NCBI GenBank assembly: GCA_017439965.1
Contig: JAFSID010000079.1
Location: 2,035-66,034 of the forward strand
DNA: 64,000 nt
Direction of reading: 5' to 3'
From: Clostridia bacterium
Lineage (GTDB): Bacteria > Bacillota > Clostridia > Oscillospirales > SIG627
The notes beneath the pieces are model-generated. The model searched no databases, was not told where the DNA came from, and worked only from the letters and a program-made list of their open reading frames with translations. The position numbers and the translations under genes are program-made. This document shows positions 45,947 to 53,909 of the stretch, in pieces (position 1 is the first letter of the stretch; every line of letters starts with the position of its first letter).

Positions 45947-46432
45947 ATGTTTATCTATTCCGTGAAGGCGTCAAGCCTTAAATATCTTGCGGTGATGGTG
46001 CTTTGCGCAGTTGCCGTTGTGTCCTGCGTGCTTCTTGTTCCCGATAACGTTTCCGAGGCTTATACCGTCGGAGCGGTCGAAAGGAAAAAGGGAGACTTCA
46101 AAAACGTAAAGACCAACGAGGACAGAGTTGCCTTTCTCGAGAGCTACGGCTGGGAAATTGACCCGAATGCCGTTGAGATCTGTGAGGTCATAATTCCGTC
46201 CGAGTTTGACAAGGTTTACGAGGAGTACAACGCCATTCAGAAGGACGAGGGACTCAATCTTGAAAAATACGCGGGAAAGAGCGTTAAGCGGTATACCTAC
46301 ACCGTGAAGAATTACGGTGCGGATACTACGGTTTTGGCAAATCTTCTGATTTACAAAAACAAGGTCATCGGCGGAGATATTTCTTCCAGTGACCCTAACG
46401 GCTTTACTCACGGCTTTACCGCGGTTGGATAA
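45947..46432 (+). CDS. hypothetical membrane-anchored protein (possibly DUF4830-like)
   Basis: Preferred start is ATG 45947 after GGGGAG. One N-terminal TM helix (LKYLAVMVLCAVAVVSCVLLV) followed by a ~120-aa soluble domain. The family name is from memory only. Confidence 0.55.
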   Translation: MFIYSVKASSLKYLAVMVLCAVAVVSCVLLVPDNVSEAYTVGAVERKKGDFKNVKTNEDRVAFLESYGWEIDPNAVEICEVIIPSEFDKVYEEYNAIQKDEGLNLEKYAGKSVKRYTYTVKNYGADTTVLANLLIYKNKVIGGDISSSDPNGFTHGFTAVG

Positions 46433-46610
46433 AGAATTTGTTTTCGGGGCATAATGCTTTTACACGTCTGCCCCGAAATATGAGGCTATATTCATTTATC
46501 TTCGGTGCGTTGCTCGGAGGTGCCTGCGCGGGTATCCTGATATACGCATTCAACACGTTTTTATCATTGCCTTAAGAGTCCCGAAAAAGCTCGGGACTCT
46601 TATTTTTTTG

Positions 46611-46639
46611 TTGACCTTGGCCGTTTGGTGTGGTAGAAT
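46611..46639 (+). promoter_or_regulatory. sigma-A promoter for rnhA-mnmA
   Basis: TTGACC (46611-46616), 17 nt, TAGAAT (46634-46639). Confidence 0.6.
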
Positions 46640-46672
46640 ATATACAGTATTAAAAAAGGCAGGATTGAATTT

Positions 46673-47110
46673 TTGAAAAGGGTTATGATTTACACCGACG
46701 GTGCTTGCAGCGGAAATCCGGGTCCGGGTGGCTGGGGAGCGATTCTCGTCTATAACGGCCGTGAGCGTGAGCTTTCGGGCGGTGAGGCAAGCACGACTAA
46801 CAACAGAATGGAGCTTATGGCGGCGATAACCGCCCTTGAGACACTTAAGGAGCCGTGTGAGGTGGTTTTGACGAGCGACTCAAAATATCTCGTTGACGCC
46901 GTTGAAAAGGGCTGGCTTGAGAGCTGGCGTAAAAAGGGCTGGAAAAAGTCGGACGGTAAGATGGCTCTCAATATAGATTTGTGGGAGAGAATACTCGTTC
47001 AGCTTGAAAGACACAAGATAGAATTCGTCTGGATAAAGGGACACGCAGGTTATGAGTACAACGAGCGGTGCGATGCTCTTGCGGTAGCCGAGAGGGAAAA
47101 GTATGTGTAA
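46673..47110 (+). CDS. rnhA: ribonuclease HI
   Basis: 145 aa. Motifs [40 protein letters not shown] and [15 protein letters not shown]. The start is uncertain between TTG 46673 and ATG 46685. Confidence 0.9.
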   Translation: MKRVMIYTDGACSGNPGPGGWGAILVYNGRERELSGGEASTTNNRMELMAAITALETLKEPCEVVLTSDSKYLVDAVEKGWLESWRKKGWKKSDGKMALNIDLWERILVQLERHKIEFVWIKGHAGYEYNERCDALAVAEREKYV

Positions 47111-48146
47111 GAGAATACTTGTCGGAATGTCGGGCGGAATTGACAGCACCTGGGCGGTCAAAAGGCTTATTGAAGAGGGATGGGCGGTTGAAGGCGCGGT
47201 ACTCGATATGCATCCGTCCTCACCCGTTGAGCAGGCAAGACTTGCCGCACACTCACTTGGTATACCTCTTCACGTGATAGACTGTCGCAAGCGCTTCAAG
47301 GAGGCAGTCGAGGACTATTTCGTCAGCGAATACGCCAACGGAAGAACGCCTAATCCGTGCGTTATGTGTAACAGCGAGGTCAAGATAAGGCTTCTTGCGG
47401 ATACTGCGAGAGGGCTTGGCATAGATAGAATATCAACGGGTCATTACGTCAGGATAGTTAAAAATGCTAAGACGGGCAGATTTGAAATGTATTCTGCCGA
47501 GGATAAGAAAAAGGACCAGAGCTATTTTCTCTGGAGAGTGTCTCAGGAGGATTGGGCAATGTTTCATTCGACTCTTGAGAATGCCGAGAAGGAAAGCGTG
47601 AAAAGGGAGCTTGACGAGGGAGAAATATCTCACGACGGTAAGGAAAGTCAGGAGATATGCTTTATTCCCGACGGCTTCAGGACACAGTTTTTGCGAGAGC
47701 GTATGAGCGAGGAGGAAAGGCTTCGCTCGTTTACCGAGGGGGATTTTGTGACCCTTGACGGTAAGACGGTTGGAAGGCATAACGGCCTTGCCAATTATAC
47801 GCTCGGTCAACGAAAGGGACTCGGCATTGCTCTCGGAAGACCTGCGTACGTTTTAAGGCTTGACGGAGCTACAAACCGAGTGACCGTTGGCTTTGAGGAG
47901 GACAACGTCTGTCACGGCTTTACTGTGAGCGGAGTGCACTTCGTGTCACTTGAGGCTTTCGAGGGGGATATTGAGTGCCTCGTGCGTGTAAGACACCGCG
48001 GTATATTGCGTGAGGCAACCGCTACCGTGGTAGGTGACAGGTGTACCGTAAGCCTGAAAAGCCCTGAAAAATCGGTATCCTCGGGGCAATCTGCTGTTTT
48101 TTACGATGATTACGGCAGGGTTCTGTTCGGAGGAGTAATTGACTGA
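47103..48146 (+). CDS. mnmA: tRNA 2-thiouridine(34) synthase MnmA
   Basis: 347 aa. PP-loop [17 protein letters not shown] and DQSYFL. Overlaps rnhA by 8 nt. Confidence 0.9.
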   Translation: MCKRILVGMSGGIDSTWAVKRLIEEGWAVEGAVLDMHPSSPVEQARLAAHSLGIPLHVIDCRKRFKEAVEDYFVSEYANGRTPNPCVMCNSEVKIRLLADTARGLGIDRISTGHYVRIVKNAKTGRFEMYSAEDKKKDQSYFLWRVSQEDWAMFHSTLENAEKESVKRELDEGEISHDGKESQEICFIPDGFRTQFLRERMSEEERLRSFTEGDFVTLDGKTVGRHNGLANYTLGQRKGLGIALGRPAYVLRLDGATNRVTVGFEEDNVCHGFTVSGVHFVSLEAFEGDIECLVRVRHRGILREATATVVGDRCTVSLKSPEKSVSSGQSAVFYDDYGRVLFGGVID

Positions 48147-48235
48147 GTAAATAACAGTTTTTTAAGCCAGAGTGAAAAATATCAAAGCTTGAATTTGTGT
48201 ATTTTGCACAAAAAATCGGCATAAAAAATAGTATG

Positions 48236-48283
48236 AAAAAAGCCTCGGATTTTCTGTAAAAGGTCAAAATTCGAGGCTTTGTT
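48236..48283 (+). terminator. probable intrinsic terminator after mnmA
   Basis: AGCCTCGGATTTT / AAAATTCGAGGCT, a 13-bp stem with one G-U pair and a 12-nt loop (48241-48278), followed by TTGTT. Confidence 0.55.
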
Positions 48284-48531
48284 ATAAAGTTTTGCTCATA
48301 ATTAGCCTATTTTTAAACTTTATAATTTTGATGAAATATAATCCTTAAAAAAGGCTTTAAAATAAGGTGATTTTGAATTTTTTTAAAAACGAAAATATAT
48401 TATTATTCAACAATTTGTGCACTTTTTTTTAATATAAATTTTACAACCTCGAAAAAACTTAAAATTCTTGTTGAACGGGCGTCGGGTTCTTGTTAAAACA
48501 ACTATAAGAGAGTATGAAAATATAGTCATAC

Positions 48532-48560
48532 TTGACAAAAGAGCCCGTTTATGATATGAT
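48532..48560 (+). promoter_or_regulatory. sigma-A promoter of the 48.7-61.0 kb operon
   Basis: TTGACA (48532-48537), 17 nt, TATGAT (48555-48560). This leaves a ~170-nt leader before the ATG at 48735. Confidence 0.6.
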
Positions 48561-48734
48561 TATTCAGTAAAATTATTCATAATGGGTTTCGCTGGCAACG
48601 TCACTTTAAGAATGCATTTCTGTCAAATTGAACAAATGCCGAAAATCATCGAAAAACCTTGTGTTTTTCGGTTTCTTATGTGCGTGCGCGCGAAATACTC
48701 TTGTGATAGACAAAACCTCAGGAGGGAAAAGTTA

Positions 48735-51700
48735 ATGAGAAAGTCGCTATTTTCGAGATCTCTTGCGTTCTTATTGGCTGTTGTTGTACTTGCGTCCACA
48801 ATGGTATTCGTACCTGTTTCCGCTGCAAGTAAGGCAAGCGCCGAAGAGCTTGAGGAGATCAAGACTTTGCTGAATGCTACTACCTACGACGAGTATTTGG
48901 CAGAGAATGAACAGGTAGGTAAGGGCACCGATAACGTCGTTATCACCGTTGCCGACTATTTACCTGACCAATCTACCGCTAATGCGGAGCTGTATACTGC
49001 TGAGACACTTGAGAGTGTTCTCCGTGAAAAGTATACCGACATTCAGGAAATCACCGAATCTATGACCGAGAACGTTGCAGGCAAGACCGAACAGCACAAC
49101 GTCTTCAACGCTCAGTACGTAGAGGATATGGTTGCTGATGCCGTTGCAGGCATGGAGGGTTACGAGAACGTAATCTATTTGTCTGATGTCGGATATGCGA
49201 CTTTCGGCTTTGAAATAAAGGACGAGGGTCTTTACAACGTTGAAATCGACTATATGTCCACCGAGCCTACCTCGAACAATATTGAGAGAGGTCTTATGAT
49301 TGACGGTCTTTATCCTTTCAAGGAGTCCCGTTCAATCGGCTTCCTCGGTTACTGGGTAGACGAGTACGACACAAGATTTGACGACGATGCAAGAGAGGCC
49401 TTGAGCCTCGGCTATACCTCGACCATTCTTGAGCAGTACGGATTCCTCCGTGATATCAACAACAACGAGGTTAAGCCCGTTAAGGCTGCACGTCCCACCT
49501 GGGAGACCCGTTTCGTATACGATTCCACGGGCTATTATAACAGCCCCTTACAGTACCATCTCACAGAGGGTGAGCATACTCTCGCAGTAAACGGTGTTTC
49601 GGGTAGCATGGTTATCCGCTCCATCCGAGTATACGCTGCAGACGAGGCTCCCACCTACGATGAGGTCGTAGCAGAGTATGAGGCAAATGGCTACAAGTCT
49701 GCTTCCGCTGATTCCGTAATCAAGATTCAGGCAGAGTATCCCAGTGCAACCTCAGACTCCTCAATCTACGCTCTTAACGACCGTACCTCCGCTATCAACG
49801 AGCCACAGGATGCGACCATCGTATACCTCAACTCGATAGGCGGCTCAAAGTGGCAGTCCTACGGTCAGTGGATTGAGTGGCAGATCGAAGTACCCGAGTC
49901 GGGTCTTTACGAGATTGCTACCCGCTTCAAGCAGGACACCATGGCAGGTATGTACGTTACCAGAAAGCTTCTTATCGACGGCGAGCTTCCCTTTAAGGAG
50001 GCAGGTGAGATAACCTTCAATTACGGCTCCAACTGGCAGTCTCAGGCTATCGGCTCTGTAGTTGAAAAGACTACTAAGAACTGGCTTGGCAAGGAAAAAA
50101 TTGAGAAGGAAATAGTTCCTTATCAGTTCTATCTTGAGGAGGGTGTACACACCATCCGCGTTGAAGTAGTTCTCGGTGATATGGCTGACATTCTCCGTCA
50201 GGTTTCCGAGCTTATGGCGGCAATCAACAGCTACTACCTCAAGATACTTATGGTAACGGGTACTAACCCCGACGAATACCGTGACTACGGCTTCACCACT
50301 ATTATGCCCGACGTTATGAACGGTCTCGTTGAAGGCTCCGAGGTGCTTTACAGCATTTCCGCAGAGCTCGAGCGAGTAACCGGTCAAAAGGGTGAGGACT
50401 CGGTACTCCTTGATAAGATTGCACTTCTTCTCGAGCGTATGGGCTCGGATAACGACGAGGTAGCTCCCAACCTTGCTTCCCTTAAGGATAACATAGGTCA
50501 GCTCGGTAACTGGATATCCTCATCCCGTTCACAGCCCCTGACACTTGACTACATACAGATAATGCCAGTTGACACGGCAACTCTTCCCGAGGCTAACGCA
50601 AATATCTGGCAGAGCCTCTGGCACGAGCTTAAGTCGTTCCTTATGAGCTTTGTCAGTGACTATAACAACCTCGGCGCACTCGATATTACCGAGGCTTCCT
50701 CCGATCCCGTTGAGGTTTGGATGACCGCAGGTCGTGACCAGGCACAGATTATCCGTTCAATGCTTACCAAGTTTACCGCGGACACAGGTGTTCCCGTAAA
50801 CCTCAAGCTTGTTGCGGCAGGCTCCCTCCTTCCCGCGACCCTTTCAAATACAGGTCCTGACGTATCCATTCAGAACGCTGCGGCAGACTGTATCAACTAC
50901 GCAATCCGTAATGCAGTTCTTCCTATTAATGATATGGAGGGCTTCGAGGAGGTTAAGGCACGCTTTGCCGAGACCGCAATGATTCCTCTCAGCCTCCACG
51001 ATAAGACCTACGGTATCCCCGAGACCCAGACCTTCCAGATGCTCTTCGTTCGTCTTGACGTATTCGCAGAGCTCGGTATGGAGATACCTGAGACGTGGGA
51101 AGACCTTTACAACCTCCTTCCCGTACTTCAGAGTAACAATCTTGAGGCAGGCTTCCCCACACAGCAGGCAGGCTTGACCCTCCTTATGTATCAGAGAGAC
51201 GAGCCTATGTACAAGGATCCTCTCACTCCCGAGCAGATGGTTGCGGCAGGCTTCAAGGCAGAGGATGCTCCTCTTACCGGCGGTATGCAGATCAACCTCG
51301 ACTCCAACACCTCGCTCGACTGCTTCAAGCAGATGTGCGATATGTTTACCATGTACGGCTTCCCGATTACCTACGACTTTGCAAACCGTTTCAGAACGGG
51401 TGAGATGCCCATCGCGGTTGCAGATTACACAGCATATAACCAGCTTACCATATTCGCTCCCGAAATCAGCGGTCTCTGGAAGCTTACGACACTTCCCGGC
51501 ACTGCTAAGTACGCTCAGGACGAGTACGGCGATTATATCTTCGACGAGGACGGAAACAGAGTTGTTGAAGAAATCAACTACAATGCAGTTTCCACCGTTA
51601 CCGGCGTTATGATGATGAGAGGCGCTAAGGGTGACGAGGAAAGATCCTGGGAGTTTATGAAGTGGTGGACCGACAAGGAGCCCCAGAGTGAGTACGGTAA

Positions 51701-52025
51701 CGAGCTCGTTGCCCTCCTCGGTGCATCCGGTCAGTACGCTACCGCAAACCTCGAAGCGCTTGCTGAACAGCCCTGGAGCTCAGAGGTTATGGCTGCACTT
51801 CAGGATCAGTTCCGCAACCTTGCAGTTACTCCCGAAATGCCCGGTGGATATATCCTTACCCGTTATATCCAGTTCGCATTCCTTGCTGCATACAACGAAA
51901 ATGCTAACCCCGTTGAAGAGCTTCTCGGATACATTGATTCGATTAACAGCGAGCTTTCAAGAAAGAGACAGGAATTTGACCTTCCCATTCTTGAAGACTT
52001 TGAGAATGTCGATATTAATAAGTAA
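48735..52025 (+). CDS. giant extracellular solute-binding protein (family-1 SBP core) with two N-terminal CBM-like beta-sandwich modules
   Basis: Preferred start is ATG 48735, 8 nt after GGAGGG (the track ORF begins at 48582). Signal/anchor MRKSLFSRSLAFLLAVVVLASTMVFVPVSAASKA. Two similar modules (GLYNVEIDYMS...MVIRSIRVYA and GLYEIATRFKQ...VHTIRVEVV). SBP core motifs VEVWMTAGRDQAQI, DKTYGIPETQTFQMLFVRLDVF and ETWEDLYNL. Confidence 0.8.
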   Translation: MRKSLFSRSLAFLLAVVVLASTMVFVPVSAASKASAEELEEIKTLLNATTYDEYLAENEQVGKGTDNVVITVADYLPDQSTANAELYTAETLESVLREKYTDIQEITESMTENVAGKTEQHNVFNAQYVEDMVADAVAGMEGYENVIYLSDVGYATFGFEIKDEGLYNVEIDYMSTEPTSNNIERGLMIDGLYPFKESRSIGFLGYWVDEYDTRFDDDAREALSLGYTSTILEQYGFLRDINNNEVKPVKAARPTWETRFVYDSTGYYNSPLQYHLTEGEHTLAVNGVSGSMVIRSIRVYAADEAPTYDEVVAEYEANGYKSASADSVIKIQAEYPSATSDSSIYALNDRTSAINEPQDATIVYLNSIGGSKWQSYGQWIEWQIEVPESGLYEIATRFKQDTMAGMYVTRKLLIDGELPFKEAGEITFNYGSNWQSQAIGSVVEKTTKNWLGKEKIEKEIVPYQFYLEEGVHTIRVEVVLGDMADILRQVSELMAAINSYYLKILMVTGTNPDEYRDYGFTTIMPDVMNGLVEGSEVLYSISAELERVTGQKGEDSVLLDKIALLLERMGSDNDEVAPNLASLKDNIGQLGNWISSSRSQPLTLDYIQIMPVDTATLPEANANIWQSLWHELKSFLMSFVSDYNNLGALDITEASSDPVEVWMTAGRDQAQIIRSMLTKFTADTGVPVNLKLVAAGSLLPATLSNTGPDVSIQNAAADCINYAIRNAVLPINDMEGFEEVKARFAETAMIPLSLHDKTYGIPETQTFQMLFVRLDVFAELGMEIPETWEDLYNLLPVLQSNNLEAGFPTQQAGLTLLMYQRDEPMYKDPLTPEQMVAAGFKAEDAPLTGGMQINLDSNTSLDCFKQMCDMFTMYGFPITYDFANRFRTGEMPIAVADYTAYNQLTIFAPEISGLWKLTTLPGTAKYAQDEYGDYIFDEDGNRVVEEINYNAVSTVTGVMMMRGAKGDEERSWEFMKWWTDKEPQSEYGNELVALLGASGQYATANLEALAEQPWSSEVMAALQDQFRNLAVTPEMPGGYILTRYIQFAFLAAYNENANPVEELLGYIDSINSELSRKRQEFDLPILEDFENVDINK

Positions 52026-52063
52026 TCCGCAGCAAAAAAATATAATTAAAGGAGAAAAATGCT

Positions 52064-53017
52064 ATGGCAAAAATTAAGTCTGCGGAAGCCAAGACTCAGG
52101 TCGACATCCACAAGATGAGCAAAGCGGCATATACCTGGAGAGAAATGAAGAAGTACAAAACAGGCTACTTCCTCCTCGCTCCCTTCTATATCCTCTTTAC
52201 GATATTTATCATACTTCCCGTATTACTTTCAGTATTCTTCAGCTTTACGATATTCAATATGCTTGAGCCACCTGAATTCGTATTTATGCAGAACTACGTT
52301 CGTCTCTTCCTTGATGACGATATCTTCCTTCTTGCGATTAAGAACACTCTTATCTTCGCAGGTATCACGGGTCCCGTTTCCTACCTGCTCTCACTTCTTT
52401 TCGCATGGTTTATCAATGAGCTTTCCCCCAGAGTAAGAAAGTTCGTAACCCTCGTATTCTACGCACCCAGTATTTCGGGTAACGTCTACATTATCTGGAC
52501 GATACTCTTCTCGGGTGACCAGTACGGTCTTGTAAACGGTTTCCTTATTGATATAGGCCTCATTAACTCGCCTATTCAGTTCTTCACAAACCCCACTTAC
52601 ATTATGCCTCTGGTTATCGTAGTTGCTCTTTGGACGTCACTCGGTACCTCCTTCCTTTCTCTTATTGCGGGCTTCCAGGTCGTTGACAGAACGCTTTATG
52701 AGGCAGCCGCAATCGACGGTGTTAAGAATCGTTGGCAGGAGCTTTGGAGCGTAACCCTTCCTACTATGCGTCCTCAGCTTATGTTCGCAGCGGTTATGTC
52801 CATCACGGGTGCATTCGGCTTCGGCGCTATCATCACCGCGCTTTGCGGATTCCCCAGCCCCGAGTACTGTGCACACACTATTATGCATCACCTTCAGGAT
52901 TACGGTAACACCCGTTTCGAGATGGGTTATGCATCTGCAATCGCAACTCTCTTGTTCTTTATGCAGATCGGTGCTAACGCATTGATCAGAAATCTCTTGT
53001 CAAAGGTAGGTAAGTGA
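52064..53017 (+). CDS. carbohydrate ABC transporter permease (MalF/LplB-like)
   Basis: 317 aa, 6 TM helices. EAA loop LYEAAAIDGVKNRWQELWSVTLPTMRP. Confidence 0.9.
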   Translation: MAKIKSAEAKTQVDIHKMSKAAYTWREMKKYKTGYFLLAPFYILFTIFIILPVLLSVFFSFTIFNMLEPPEFVFMQNYVRLFLDDDIFLLAIKNTLIFAGITGPVSYLLSLLFAWFINELSPRVRKFVTLVFYAPSISGNVYIIWTILFSGDQYGLVNGFLIDIGLINSPIQFFTNPTYIMPLVIVVALWTSLGTSFLSLIAGFQVVDRTLYEAAAIDGVKNRWQELWSVTLPTMRPQLMFAAVMSITGAFGFGAIITALCGFPSPEYCAHTIMHHLQDYGNTRFEMGYASAIATLLFFMQIGANALIRNLLSKVGK

Positions 53018-53018
53018 T

Positions 53019-53891
53019 ATGGCGAAGCTTAGAATTAAAAAGTCAACACATGCGCTCAACCGATCCCTTGCAGGAGACATGAGCGTTACCGGTATACTTG
53101 TTATATTCGGTATATTTATGGCATTCCCGATGGTTTACTCCGTCGTACAGTCCTTAAAGCCCTTGAACGAGCTTTGGATGTTCCCCCCTCGTTTCTATGT
53201 TGTTAACCCCACGTTCCAGAACTTTTCCGATTTGTTCTACCTGATGTCAACGTCATGGGTACCCTTCTCAAGATACATATTTAATACGATATTTATCTCA
53301 GTCTGCGGTACGTTCGGAAACGTTATGCTCGCATCCTTTGCAGCATACGCAATCGCAAAGATTAAGTTCCCCGGACGTAAGACGCTGTTCTCAATCATCG
53401 TATACTCCCTTATGTTTAACTCTACCGTAACCTCTATCACAAACTTCTTGACTATGTCAATGCTCGGTTGGGTTGATACATATCTTTCAATCATCGTTCC
53501 CGCAATTGCAAGCCCGATGGGTCTTTACCTTATGAAGCAGTTTATGGATACCTCCGTTCCCGACTCAGTTCTTGAGTCTGCACGTCTTGACGGTGCATCC
53601 GAATGGAAGATTCTCTGGACTCTCGTAATGCCCATGGTTAAGCCCGCTTGGATGACCCTTATCATCTTCTCCTTCCAGGGACTCTGGAATCAGGGTGCTT
53701 CGGTTTACATCTTCTCCGAGCAGCTCAAGACCTTCCCCTATGCGATAAGCCAGATTATGACGGGCGGTATCGCAAGAGCAGGTGCTTCTGCGGCTTCCGC
53801 GGTTATCACCATGATTGTTCCTATCGTAGTATTCGTATTATCACAGAGCCAGGTTATCCAGACGATGTCCTCGTCGGGTATGAAGGACTAA
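53019..53891 (+). CDS. carbohydrate ABC transporter permease (MalG/LplC-like)
   Basis: 290 aa. EAA loop VLESARLDGASEWKILWTLVMPMVKP. The start is 1 nt after the upstream stop. Confidence 0.9.
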   Translation: MAKLRIKKSTHALNRSLAGDMSVTGILVIFGIFMAFPMVYSVVQSLKPLNELWMFPPRFYVVNPTFQNFSDLFYLMSTSWVPFSRYIFNTIFISVCGTFGNVMLASFAAYAIAKIKFPGRKTLFSIIVYSLMFNSTVTSITNFLTMSMLGWVDTYLSIIVPAIASPMGLYLMKQFMDTSVPDSVLESARLDGASEWKILWTLVMPMVKPAWMTLIIFSFQGLWNQGASVYIFSEQLKTFPYAISQIMTGGIARAGASAASAVITMIVPIVVFVLSQSQVIQTMSSSGMKD

Positions 53892-53909
53892 GAAGGGGAG
53901 GAGTACAAA

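Noticed and set aside
48582-48734. N-terminal extensions of track ORFs (48582, and likewise 38054, 31971, 32974, 27786, 17620, 4506, 2631, 26959, 45932)
   Set aside because: Downstream ATGs are preceded by proper AGGAGG-type RBSs. They yield canonical N-termini or signal peptides and remove overlaps with upstream genes. The extensions are just open frame upstream of the real start.
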